DNA of 64,000 bases from Dysosmobacter sp. (GCA_041859815.1 JBFLFX010000001.1:245-64244); one strand, 5' to 3'; counted from the first letter of the stretch, positions 27,717-36,989 are shown. Numbers and translations are program-made. The notes: a model not told the origin generated them from the letters alone.

Positions 27717-28802
27717 ATGACAAAAAAATTACAGTCCCTGAGCCGCACCGCCCGCAGCAATACCATTACTTATGGCATGGTGATCGCTGCGTATGTGGTT
27801 TTAATGATTCTGCAGGCCGGCGGAAACATTTCCAGCTCTCTGTCCGGAATGTTGGTGCCAATCTGCGCCTATATCGTTATGGCAGTCTCCCTGAACCTGA
27901 CTGTGGGAATCATGGGGGAGCTGTCCCTGGGCCACGCGGGATTCATGAGCGTGGGGGCGTTCAGCGGGATCATCACCGCGGTTTCCCTGCAAAATTCCGT
28001 TTCCTCCGGCGGTCTTCGCCTGACGGCGGCAATTCTGGCAGGCGGAATATTTGCCGGCATTGTCAGCCTGATTGTCGTGATTCCCGTCCTGCGGCTTCAG
28101 GGAGACTATCTGGCTATTGTGACGCTGGCTTTCGGGGAAATTATTAAAAATATCATCAATTGCCTGTATGTCGGGAGGGACTGCCACGGTCTCCATGTCA
28201 GCATGTCCAGCGCCGCTCTGATGAGAATGGATGCCGCTACCGGCAGAACCATCCTCCAGGGGCCCATGGGAGCTGTCGGCGTGATGCAGCTGTCCTCCCT
28301 GACCGCCGGATTTCTTCTCATCATGCTCACATTGGTTGTGGTTCTGAATTTTGTGAACAGCCGGGCCGGCCGGGCCGTTATGGCGCTGCGGGATAACCGC
28401 ATTGCCGCTGAATCCATTGGAATTCACATTGCCAAATATAAAATGACGGCATTTGTTATCTCCGCCGTCCTTGCGGGAATGGCCGGCGCCCTGTATGCTA
28501 TGAATTTTTCCACCATCGCAGCACAGAAATTTGACTTCAATACCTCGATCCTGATCCTGGTCTTTGTGGTGCTGGGGGGCATCGGCAATATCCGCGGTTC
28601 CATCATTGCCGCCGCGGCTCTGACGATTCTGCCCGAGCTGCTGCGCCAGTTCAGCGATTACCGGATGCTGGTTTATTCCATTGTGCTGATCCTTGTGATG
28701 CTAGTCACCAACAATCCGGCCAACAAAACGTTCTTTTCCCGCCTGCGCAGCCGGATTGCCGGAAGGCAAGGAAATAAGGAGGTGTCCGAAAATGTCCTCT
28801 AA
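27717..28802 (+). CDS. livM: branched-chain amino acid ABC transporter permease (LivM-like)
   Basis: Polytopic protein with LSLGHAGFMSVGAF. The start is ambiguous (27693 or 27717). Confidence 0.85.
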   Translation: MTKKLQSLSRTARSNTITYGMVIAAYVVLMILQAGGNISSSLSGMLVPICAYIVMAVSLNLTVGIMGELSLGHAGFMSVGAFSGIITAVSLQNSVSSGGLRLTAAILAGGIFAGIVSLIVVIPVLRLQGDYLAIVTLAFGEIIKNIINCLYVGRDCHGLHVSMSSAALMRMDAATGRTILQGPMGAVGVMQLSSLTAGFLLIMLTLVVVLNFVNSRAGRAVMALRDNRIAAESIGIHIAKYKMTAFVISAVLAGMAGALYAMNFSTIAAQKFDFNTSILILVFVVLGGIGNIRGSIIAAAALTILPELLRQFSDYRMLVYSIVLILVMLVTNNPANKTFFSRLRSRIAGRQGNKEVSENVL

Positions 28803-29625
28803 AGTGATTTCTGCTCCGTCTGATCCCATACTCCCGGAGCGGGAGCCGGACAAGTCCCCTATCTTAAAATGTGAGCATTTAGGAATCACCTTCGGTGGCC
28901 TGAAGGCCGTGGAGGACTTTAATCTGACGGTCGGCCGCGCCGAAATCGCCGGCCTGATCGGTCCCAACGGCGCCGGAAAAACCACCATTTTCAACTTACT
29001 CACCAAGGTCTATCAACCGACTTCCGGTACGATTCTGTTGAACGGCAAAGATACGCATGCCATGACAACGATTCAGGTGAATTGTGCCGGAATTGCCCGG
29101 ACTTTCCAGAATATCCGGCTTTTTGACAACCTCAGCGTAGAGGATAACGTAAAGGTTGGAATGAACAGGGACCTGAAATACGGATTGTGGAGCGGAATTC
29201 TCCGCCTGCCCGGTTACTGGAAAGAGGAGAGGGCCGCCCACGAGCGGTCGCTGAAGCTATTGTCCCTGTTTCATATGCAGGATCTGGCAGGCGCAAAGGC
29301 CGGCTCCCTTCCTTACGGAGCGCAGCGCCGTCTGGAAATCGTCCGGGCGCTGGCCACCCGGCCCAGCCTCCTTTTGCTGGACGAGCCGGCCGCGGGGATG
29401 AATCCCTCGGAGACGCTGGAGCTGATGGAAAATATTCGAAGAGTCCGGGATGCCTTTCACATCGCGATTCTGCTCATTGAGCATGATATGAATCTCGTTA
29501 TGAACATTTGCGAGGGAATCTGCGTGCTGAATTTTGGCCATGTCATCGCAAAGGGAACCCCCGGGGAGATTCAGTCCGATCCTTCCGTCATTGAGGCGTA
29601 TCTGGGCAGGAAGAAGGAGGCGTAA
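28792..29625 (+). CDS. livG: ABC transporter ATP-binding protein (LivG-like)
   Basis: Trimmed to the ATG at 28792, after GGAGG. Motifs: GPNGAGKTT, LPYGAQRRLEIVRAL, LLLDEPAAGMN. Confidence 0.9.
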   Translation: MSSKVISAPSDPILPEREPDKSPILKCEHLGITFGGLKAVEDFNLTVGRAEIAGLIGPNGAGKTTIFNLLTKVYQPTSGTILLNGKDTHAMTTIQVNCAGIARTFQNIRLFDNLSVEDNVKVGMNRDLKYGLWSGILRLPGYWKEERAAHERSLKLLSLFHMQDLAGAKAGSLPYGAQRRLEIVRALATRPSLLLLDEPAAGMNPSETLELMENIRRVRDAFHIAILLIEHDMNLVMNICEGICVLNFGHVIAKGTPGEIQSDPSVIEAYLGRKKEA

Positions 29626-29626
29626 A

Positions 29627-30337
29627 ATGGAACCCATTTTAAAAGTTGAGGATATCAATGTTTATTACGGCGGGATCCATGCCATTCAGGGGGTTTCCTT
29701 TGAAGTTTATACCGGAGAAATCGTCACGCTGATTGGAGCCAACGGCGCCGGCAAGTCAACCACACTGAATACAATTTCCGGCCTCCTGCACAGCAAAACC
29801 GGATCCATCTCCTTTGCAGGAAAAAATCTTGCCAAGGTCCCGCCTCACAGAATTGTCAGGCACGGCCTTGCGCAGGTGCCTGAGGGGCGGCGTGTATTTT
29901 TGCAGATGAGCGTGCAGGAAAATCTGGAGATGGGCGCTTACAGCAGACCGAATTCCGGGATCCCGGCAGATCTGGAGATGGTATACGGGCTGTTTCCCAG
30001 ACTCAAAGAACGGCGCCGTCAGGTTTCCGGGACCCTGTCCGGCGGCGAGCAGCAGATGCTGGCCATGGGCCGGGCTTTGATGAGCCACCCGAAGCTTCTA
30101 ATGCTGGACGAACCGTCCATGGGCTTGGCGCCCATCCTGGTGGAGGAGATTTTTGAAATTATTCGCAGCCTCCATAAAACAGGTTCCACCATTTTGCTGG
30201 TGGAGCAAAACGCACAGATGGCGCTGTCTCTTGCAGACCGGAGTTACGTTCTGGAAACCGGGAAAATTGTTACGACGGGAACCGGCGCGGAACTGCTGGC
30301 TTCCCCGGCAATTAAAAGAGCATATCTCGGGGGCTGA
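29627..30337 (+). CDS. livF: ABC transporter ATP-binding protein (LivF-like)
   Basis: Trimmed to MEPILKVEDINVYYG. Motifs: GANGAGKST, LSGGEQQMLAMGRAL, LMLDEPSMGLAP. Confidence 0.9.
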   Translation: MEPILKVEDINVYYGGIHAIQGVSFEVYTGEIVTLIGANGAGKSTTLNTISGLLHSKTGSISFAGKNLAKVPPHRIVRHGLAQVPEGRRVFLQMSVQENLEMGAYSRPNSGIPADLEMVYGLFPRLKERRRQVSGTLSGGEQQMLAMGRALMSHPKLLMLDEPSMGLAPILVEEIFEIIRSLHKTGSTILLVEQNAQMALSLADRSYVLETGKIVTTGTGAELLASPAIKRAYLGG

Positions 30338-30474
30338 TTCGCCTCGGCTCACGCAGAAGGCACGGCCGGCAGGTTTCTTCGCGGGAGGAAGTTGTGATAC
30401 GCCATTCCGAAAGGAGCCAAGGAACCGTGCCAAAAGGAAAGGGCTCCGTTTGAAACGGGAGTGAAAACCTTATC

Positions 30475-30512
30475 AAAAGCGGCCCTGCCCAAAGGGCAGG
30501 GCCGCTTTTCGC
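30475..30512 (+). terminator. intrinsic terminator of the liv operon
   Basis: aaaagcggccctgccc-aaa-gggcagggccgctttt forms a 14-16 bp stem plus a T-run. Confidence 0.8.
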
Positions 30513-30879
30513 ATAAAATGTCAGCAAATTTGACCCGGCCTTTTTCGTTCGGCATATCTTCTTCGCGCGTATTCCCTCCGGCGCAGTCAATGGTTTTGAT
30601 ATTTCCACGCTTACGGCCCCATGCTTCAAATCTGATTCCGCCGCCGCGCCGATTGTCAGTCTGATTTGCGGCGGAGAAATGAAATCCATTGTGTCCATTA
30701 CGCTTCTGGCTTTCTGCGCGTTCTGCTTTGCCGGAATTATGAGCTGTGCAAATGCCTGAATGCGGTTCTGAACGCGCCGATGTCCATTGTAAGGGCGGCG
30801 GGAGGACGATTGCCAGCAGCATGTCTTACCACCATAGCAGTCACGACAGGAGGCTCTTTCCCCTCCATCATCATATAGG

Positions 30880-31867
30880 GGAGGCGGCCCCTGTCCCAGG
30901 GTAGCGCATACAACGGGAAGCGGAGAGCGGGGCCCGTCCTCCAGAACGCCGGAGGCCTGTACCGGAACACTGCCGAATTGCGGAGTTGCAACGGTTTTGG
31001 CCTTCCGGGGCCCGGCGTCATTTCGAGAAGTCCGGAGAATCCGCCGGCAAAAGCCGGAGCCTTGACAGAGGAGGGGCTGACCTGCTATATATTGACGGAA
31101 TCCTATGGATCCCCCGCCGTTACGTTGACCGGAAACCCGGAATGTGATATCGTCATAATTGACAAAATTGCGGGCGTAAAGGCGGCCATTTTCGATCGCC
31201 GCATCTTCAGGGCGAGGGCTTCATCGCTCTTGAGGATCACCGCCCGGCGCGCCGGGCTTTCGGCAGGCTGCCGCGGGACTGTCACCATCCATCCGGGAAG
31301 CGGAAAAGGCCGGCTGGATCCGGTTTTTTATGCGCCGCGGCATTCGGATCTTTCGGCAAAGCCTCTGCTTCCCACCCACATAAATCGTCGTGGACCGGAA
31401 CTTTTGGAGGAGGGAGTCCACCTGACAAAAATCGGCGGCAACACCGACCTGACGGCGAGCGCGCCATGGAGGAAAATCGGATGCCGGCAGAGCCGATTGA
31501 GCGCTTCCTGCGGGAGGCCGCTCCCCTTAAAAGCCTTACGGCTTTCAGTGCCGGCTACGGCAGCCAGCCGCGATTCAATGAATCCGGCAAGTGTATCAGC
31601 CCGACTTATTCCATCCCCCGCAGACTGCGTCAGCTTGTGAACGCCTTTGTCGAAAAACAGACTGCCGCTGGAACAGGCCCTGATGCCGGTTGCTTCCAAT
31701 CCTGCCGGCGTGCCGAAGCTCAGCGCAGGAAAGGAAATTTAATCGGCGGCGCCGACGCAGACTTTTTGATTTATGGAAAGGGCAATAAAATTGAGAGTGT
31801 CGTCACCCGCGGACAGATTGCCGTCCGGGAAAAAGAACATTTAGTAAGGGGGCGGTTTGAAATTTAA
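30880..31867 (+). pseudogene. decayed isoaspartyl dipeptidase (IadA-like amidohydrolase)
   Basis: Pieces lie in at least two frames. One reads ...LPGPGVISRS..ALTEEGLTCYILTESYGSPAVTLTGNPECDIVIIDKIAGVKAAIFDRR...GTVTIHPGSGKGRLDPV...LLPTHINRRGPELLEEGVHLTKIGGNTDLTAS. A shifted frame ends KGNLIGGADADFLIYGKGNKIESVVTRGQIAVREKEH. The order matches IadA, but the HxH and SDHRS-type residues are lost. Confidence 0.6.
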
Positions 31868-31958
31868 CCGTTTTTGACACACACCGGTGAAAATTGCCGG
31901 ACCCGATTTCACACAAAAGAATTGGGGATGACCCGCCGTCTTTCTAAAAAAACGGTTA

Positions 31959-32024
31959 GGCCCTGTTTAAAAAATCGCCGCGCTCATCTGATCACCCAAA
32001 CACGTCGATTTTTCAAACAGGGCC
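31959..32024. repeat. 66-bp palindromic MITE-like element, coreless copy Z
   Basis: The ends ggccctgtttaaaaaatcg ... cgatttttcaaacagggcc match as inverted repeats at 18 of 19 positions. TGATCA (31989-31994) sits exactly at the dyad centre. Confidence 0.75.
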
Positions 32025-32153
32025 TGACCATATATGTGGGGGAATGTTTTTGAACAGAAATATTTGGGCGTTTCGGCAATTTATCCGACGACTTGAACGA
32101 TCAAGGGTCAAATATTCACTTCCAAACAATTTTGATGGGGTACGGGAGAGATC

Positions 32154-32858
32154 ATGAAAAAATCGATCGGAATGATTGGCGGCATGGGCCCGCTGGCAAC
32201 CGCCGACTTATTTTATAAAATCGTAAAAAACACCAGGGCGCAAAATGACCAGGAGCATATTCGGATTTACATCGACAATAATACGGCAATTTCGGATCGG
32301 ACTGCGGCCATTCTAAATGCGGGGCCTGATCCGGTTCCGGCTATGACGGAGTCCATTCGGAAGTTGGAAGCGTGCGGAGCGGACTGTCTGATTATGCCGT
32401 GTAATACCGCCCACTATTTCCTTCCGCAGCTTAAAAAGGTTACCAAACTGCCGTTTGTGAGTATGCTGGAGGTGACTGCCTCGGCCTGCGCGGAGCGGTA
32501 TCCCGGAAAAACGGCGGGATTGCTGGCAACAACGGGAACCCTGGAATCACACCTGTACGATCAGGTGCTGCAGGCTGAAAAGGTGCCGTATCTGCTGCCC
32601 TCTGAAGAAAATGAAAGCCGCCTGATGAAAATTATCTATCGGGGCGTCAAAGGGGGCGCCGCCATGGAAGAAGTGTGCCCTCTCATGGAAAAGATGCTGG
32701 AGGAGATGCTGGCGGGCGGCGTCGATTATTTTATTCTCGGCTGTACAGAACTGCCGCTTGTTTTTGCTTATCTTCCGGCACCGCCGCCCTCTGTGGACCC
32801 GACCGAGGAACTTGCAAAAGCAGCAGTCCGGTTTTGCGGGTATGAGGTGCAGGAATAG
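32154..32858 (+). CDS. aspartate/glutamate racemase family protein (aspartate racemase-like)
   Basis: IGMIGGMGPLATADLFYKIV, MPCNTAHYF and ILGCTELPL give the two catalytic Cys contexts. Confidence 0.85.
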   Translation: MKKSIGMIGGMGPLATADLFYKIVKNTRAQNDQEHIRIYIDNNTAISDRTAAILNAGPDPVPAMTESIRKLEACGADCLIMPCNTAHYFLPQLKKVTKLPFVSMLEVTASACAERYPGKTAGLLATTGTLESHLYDQVLQAEKVPYLLPSEENESRLMKIIYRGVKGGAAMEEVCPLMEKMLEEMLAGGVDYFILGCTELPLVFAYLPAPPPSVDPTEELAKAAVRFCGYEVQE

Positions 32859-33134
32859 GGGTAGCCTGTCCGGTTTTCCATCACGGAAATCGTTATACTA
32901 CATGGAAAGAGGAGAACCCCCTACCGGGGCGGTTGTTGATCAAAAGGCAATTTTTACTAACAGGAAAATACGATACCGGTTTTCCGCGAGAGGATTGTCT
33001 GATGTGAGGGAATGCCATGGCTTCGCAGCAGCGCCCTGCGCAAATACAGAAGTTGATTCTGTCACCTTCGATACAGCAATCTTTACGGTGTTTGCAGATG
33101 CCGCCCTTTAAGTTTTTATTCGGAGTCGTTTACG

Positions 33135-33310
33135 GATTACCTGCATCAGCAGCTGAACCAGCTCTCCGGGCTGAATGCTGAAATGCTGTATTGATACCGG
33201 TATCTTGTCCGCTGTCTGAATTCAGCCGGGCATCTGAATGTCCCTGTGGCGGAACTGGCGCAGGAGCTGAGATTTCAACCTCTAAGATGGAACAGGCGCT
33301 GTATGCCGTG
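33135..33310 (+). pseudogene. remnant of a sigma-70 family region 4
   Basis: DYLHQQLNQLSGLNAEMLY*YRYLV....VAELAQEL, then a frame shift to ISTSKMEQALYA. It resembles L..L...E..+..RY......ELA.ELGIS.S.V but is broken by a stop and a frameshift. Confidence 0.3.
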
Positions 33311-33687
33311 CCGGCGTTTGAGCCTCCGGAGCCGGCGCGCGGAATTTATAGAGTGTCTGTTATTACAGCTGGTGCAGGGCAGCAGTTTTACCGAGCTGAA
33401 CATTTATCCGGCCCGCGGGGAGCTGCCGGAGAGACTTCCAATCTGCTTGCTTGGCGCGGGGACGGGGCAAATCCGCAGAGCGGCGGGCGTTGTCCCGTCC
33501 CTGAATTCCATTCCGCCCTCCGGGTTCAATGCCGGTGAGGATATTTCTCATGCGGAGCCGGGAGCTTTTGTAGACGGTCAAAAGGGAAAATTATTATTGA
33601 AATAAACGAACGGTTTTTGCCGAAGCTTCCCCTGAATTCGGAGGACTGTGCGCTTTTGAAAGATCCGCAGTATCCGGATGCGCATAC

Positions 33688-34911
33688 CTACCGTGCGCGG
33701 GCGAAAAGCTGTTTATTCCATCCTCTTTTGTCAATCAGCCCTTTAAAGATAGCATCCGTGGTGCAGACGTCCGCCCAGGGATTGCATGATTCAATAAGCG
33801 CCCGTACCTTTCCCCCAGAAATCAGAAGCGGGGAAAATCCGATCGCAATCAAAAGCGTATATTGTTTTTCGTTCAGCTGTGAGCATAAAAGCTGCGTCCA
33901 GGCGTTGTCTCTGGCAAAAGCAAGCCGATAGTAAAGGGGGACCAGCTCCCTGTCGGGAAGGTACTGATCCAGAATGCCAATCTCTCCGCCCGGATGCCGC
34001 GCCTTTGTTCCCTGCCCGATGGTCAGTTCGGAAACAATACGGGAAATTTCATCCGCTTCGTCCCAGTCATATTTGTTTTCCCCGGCCTTTTTTGCGAGAA
34101 GCCCGGACGGATCCGCCGCCCCGCGCGTCTCTGCGCAAAGCGCCCTCCGCGCGAGGCGATCAAACAGCCGTTTGAGCTGCTCCAGACTCTTGGGTTGAAC
34201 TGATCTGGCAACAAGGTCGGATGAAAGCTCCGAACAGATTCTATCCGCAAGCTCTCTGGGGCTTGCCGTACCGTTTTTTTCCACCGTCTTTAGAAGTTCC
34301 CGAAAAGACATCCCTTTTGCGCCGGCATATTCTCGGTGGGTAATGAGCGTTTTCACGGCAGAATTTTCTCTATGTCCCAGCTCGTAAAGGGTCTCGATGT
34401 TATTGCAGTAGCAGGCGTCGACAACCAGCAGATCGATGACGCGCCCCATGGCGTTTGCCGCCAGTCCAAGCGCGGCTGCCAGTTCCGGGAGCCCCATAAT
34501 TGCGGGATATTTTCCACTATAGTCGTTCATCAGGCCTATATATTCGCATGCGTGACCGCCCAGAATAAGCATTACATGATCCGTATCGGTATTTTTGAAC
34601 CCCCAGAGGAGAAAATCATACAGGCTCTTGGGATCCGCCATATTGATCCTGCCTAAATCGTTCGGTGGGATTTTTTCGCCTGCGCGGAGTTGATGGCGCC
34701 GCACTCCGTCCCATCTCTCTCGATCCGGTCTGATGCCGGGCCTTATGATTTGTACGGAGCTTTGCTCCAGCCGTCCGGCTTCAAGCAGAACCTTTGTCTG
34801 CCCGTCTGCGGCCGCCGCTTCAAGCTCGCAGTACGCAGCCGCTATTTCCGGCTCCAGTTCCCCGTTGCCGTCCAAATAGGCCAATATCGTCCAACCGGGA
34901 ATTCGATCCAT
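33688..34911 (-). CDS. clostripain-like peptidase C11 family protein, no signal peptide
   Basis: WTILAYLDGNGELE at the N-terminus. The His context is MLILGGHACEY and the Cys context LLVVDACYCNN, in the spacing typical of C11. GGGGGGAGGAAAA serves as SD. Confidence 0.65.
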   Translation of the reverse strand: MDRIPGWTILAYLDGNGELEPEIAAAYCELEAAAADGQTKVLLEAGRLEQSSVQIIRPGIRPDRERWDGVRRHQLRAGEKIPPNDLGRINMADPKSLYDFLLWGFKNTDTDHVMLILGGHACEYIGLMNDYSGKYPAIMGLPELAAALGLAANAMGRVIDLLVVDACYCNNIETLYELGHRENSAVKTLITHREYAGAKGMSFRELLKTVEKNGTASPRELADRICSELSSDLVARSVQPKSLEQLKRLFDRLARRALCAETRGAADPSGLLAKKAGENKYDWDEADEISRIVSELTIGQGTKARHPGGEIGILDQYLPDRELVPLYYRLAFARDNAWTQLLCSQLNEKQYTLLIAIGFSPLLISGGKVRALIESCNPWADVCTTDAIFKGLIDKRGWNKQLFARAR

Positions 34912-35034
34912 AAAGTTTTCCTCCCCCCTCTTTCCTTCTACTCACATTGTATAATGAAACCTCCAAGTTGGTACTTTTGTGTATACCAGCCCGGAGGTTG
35001 CTTAAATATTTATCATGTGATCCGGCATCTATTC

Positions 35035-35193
35035 GGTCTTGTTTGAAAATCGATACGTTTGGATGATCTGCCGAATTTCGCGTCGGACTTCGTTGAATTC
35101 CCTCGCCATAAACCAATGATGCCTGCGGAAATTTGCCTTGCCCGACACAAAGTTCGTCAATCAGATGAGCGCGGGGACTTTTTAAACAGGGCC
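35035..35193. repeat. 159-bp composite repeat copy X (palindromic arms plus 91-bp core at 35069-35159)
   Basis: The arms match Z and Y in inverted order relative to Y. The core aligns with the Y core in the same orientation at ~85% by eye. Confidence 0.75.
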
Positions 35194-35210
35194 TGGAGGA
35201 TGGATCCATG

Positions 35211-36278
35211 CTAACGAAAGAAACGCACGCCGCGGGAGGCCGGGGCCGTATCGTTGAGCAATATTGCGACATTGTTTGAAAAGTGATTTGTAACCGCGAG
35301 ATCCGTTCGGCCGTCCCCGTTAAAATCGGCGGCTACTAATCCCGCGGCGTAAGAGCCAACAGCGGTAAACTGCGGCGGCCAAAAGGTGCCGTTATTCTTT
35401 CCCGCCAATACTGCAACATTATCGGAATCATTATTTCCAACTGCCAAATCGATGATTCCGTTGCCGCAAAAATCAGCTGCAGCGATTCCCTCAAGACTTG
35501 AACCGACAGAAACAAAGGATGCCGGCTGGTAGGTACCGTCACCATTGCCAAACAGGATCGCGATATTTTGAGAATCAAAATTTGTGACTGCCAAATCGGG
35601 CTTGCCGTCGCCGTTAAAGTCGGCCGCCGCGATCTCCAGGGGGGTAACACCTACAGGATAATATACGGCCGGTTGGAAAGTGCCGTCGCCGTTGCCAAGC
35701 AGCACGGCGATGTCATTTGAAACGGTATTCGCCGCGGCTAAATCGGGAATGCCGTCGCCGTTAAGGTCTGCGGCCACGATTCCGTACGGATAATCGCTCA
35801 CGGAATAAGACACAGCCGGCTGAAAAGTGCCGTCGCCGTTCCCAAGCAGCACATTGACGTTGTTACCCCCCGCATCCGTGACCGCCAAATCCATTTGCCC
35901 GTCGCCGTTAAAATCGGCGGAAACTACCGTCAAGGGATTCGACCCGGCCGCAAACGCCGTAGCCGGCTGAAAGGTGCCGTCGCCGTTCCCGATCAGGATT
36001 GCAACGTCGCCGCCGTTTGAATCGGCGATGGCCATATCCATCTTGCCGTCATTGTTGAAGTCGGCGGCGGTAACCGAGGTCGGATTGATGCCTACGTCGA
36101 AAGGCACAGCCGCCTGGAAAGTGCCGTCGCCGTTCCCCTGCAACACGGAAACCGCTTCTCCGCCAATATCTGTTGTCGCCAAATCCATTTGCCCGTCGCC
36201 GTTAAAATCGGCAGCCGTTATTCCATAAGGGCCAGATCCGACAGGGTAAAACACTGCGGGCTTAAAAACCATACTCAT
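35211..36278 (-). CDS. FG-GAP/VCBS repeat protein, 7-bladed beta-propeller, no signal peptide
   Basis: Seven ~50-aa repeats each contain AADFNGDG.(M/P)DLAV....V.VLLGNGDGTFQPA. SD AGGGAG lies 7 nt before the ATG. Confidence 0.85.
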   Translation of the reverse strand: MSMVFKPAVFYPVGSGPYGITAADFNGDGQMDLATTDIGGEAVSVLQGNGDGTFQAAVPFDVGINPTSVTAADFNNDGKMDMAIADSNGGDVAILIGNGDGTFQPATAFAAGSNPLTVVSADFNGDGQMDLAVTDAGGNNVNVLLGNGDGTFQPAVSYSVSDYPYGIVAADLNGDGIPDLAAANTVSNDIAVLLGNGDGTFQPAVYYPVGVTPLEIAAADFNGDGKPDLAVTNFDSQNIAILFGNGDGTYQPASFVSVGSSLEGIAAADFCGNGIIDLAVGNNDSDNVAVLAGKNNGTFWPPQFTAVGSYAAGLVAADFNGDGRTDLAVTNHFSNNVAILLNDTAPASRGVRFFR

Positions 36279-36311
36279 TATAATTGCTCCCTAATTGTTT
36301 CGTTTATCTTA

Positions 36312-36471
36312 GACTCTGTTTAAAAAATCCCCGCGCTCATCTGATCGCCGGATTTTGCGTCGGGCTTCGTTGAATTTTCCTGCCATGAACCAATGATGCC
36401 TGCGGAACTTCGTCTTGCCCAGCTCAAAATTCGTCAGATCATCTAAACACGTCGATTTTTTAAACAGGGCC
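36312..36471. repeat. 160-bp composite repeat copy Y (arms plus 90-bp core at 36347-36436)
   Basis: ctgtttaaaaaatccccgcgctcatctGATC-core-GATCatctaaacacgtcgattttttaaacagggcc. GATC is duplicated on both sides of the core. Confidence 0.75.
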
Positions 36472-36989
36472 TAATAGATAAATCAAATTGAAACCGGCCC
36501 AAAGAATCGGCCGGGGTATCGTAATGGTTTTACCTGTTTTCCTGCTATATAATAGTATGCTTTTTTATCATCAATGTTTCTCAAACGCGGCGCGCGGAAT
36601 CCGTAAACGGTAAGCCCCGCACGGAATACGCCCGGCGCCGGTACGCGGTGGCAGAGGTCTGTCCCTGTCTTGCCGAGCGCATCGAAGCAGGCGCGGTTCA
36701 GCGCAGCGAAGTTGTGCGGGGCTGTTTTGAAAGCTCCCTTCCCAAATCAGGGTCAACTCAAAGAATTAGTCCGCGGGAGCGCGGAGGAAACGCTCAGCGG
36801 CTTGTTGTGAGCGAAGCTGAGAAAGGCATCATTCCTATTCATTTCCAAAAGCACAGGCTCTTGTCAAATTGCTTCCGGAGTGTCAGGTGGCACAGGCAGT
36901 CGATGGAATACCCGTCATACTGTAAAATCAAGAGAGATCCCGTAGAATACGGAAGCCCTCTTATTTTTCAGAATAACATAAAATGGAAG

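Noticed and set aside
30978-31640. 220-aa ORF as an intact gene.
   Set aside because: It contains only the middle of an IadA-like sequence, lacks a start context and metal-binding residues, and overlaps the continuation in another frame. It is treated as part of a pseudogene.
35069-35159. A peptide encoded on the minus strand of the repeat cores (LTNF..GK..FRRHHWFMA..FNE.RR.IR), conserved between copies X and Y.
   Set aside because: It is only ~30 codons with no start or SD. The frames exit into different arm sequence in the two copies, and the nucleotide identity alone explains the peptide similarity. It is kept only as a note in case the core derives from a coding fragment.
35211-36278. 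CRISPR-like or other non-coding tandem array, suggested by ~150-bp periodicity.
   Set aside because: The periodicity is the seven FG-GAP blades of a continuous ORF with a good SD. No spacer/repeat structure is present.
36571-36756. A possible tyrosine-recombinase C-terminal fossil on the minus strand (APHNFAALNRACFDALGKTGTDL...VYGF).
   Set aside because: Only a loose resemblance to the HxLRH...G.DL...Y pattern. The catalytic residues are not recoverable, so it cannot be supported without a search.
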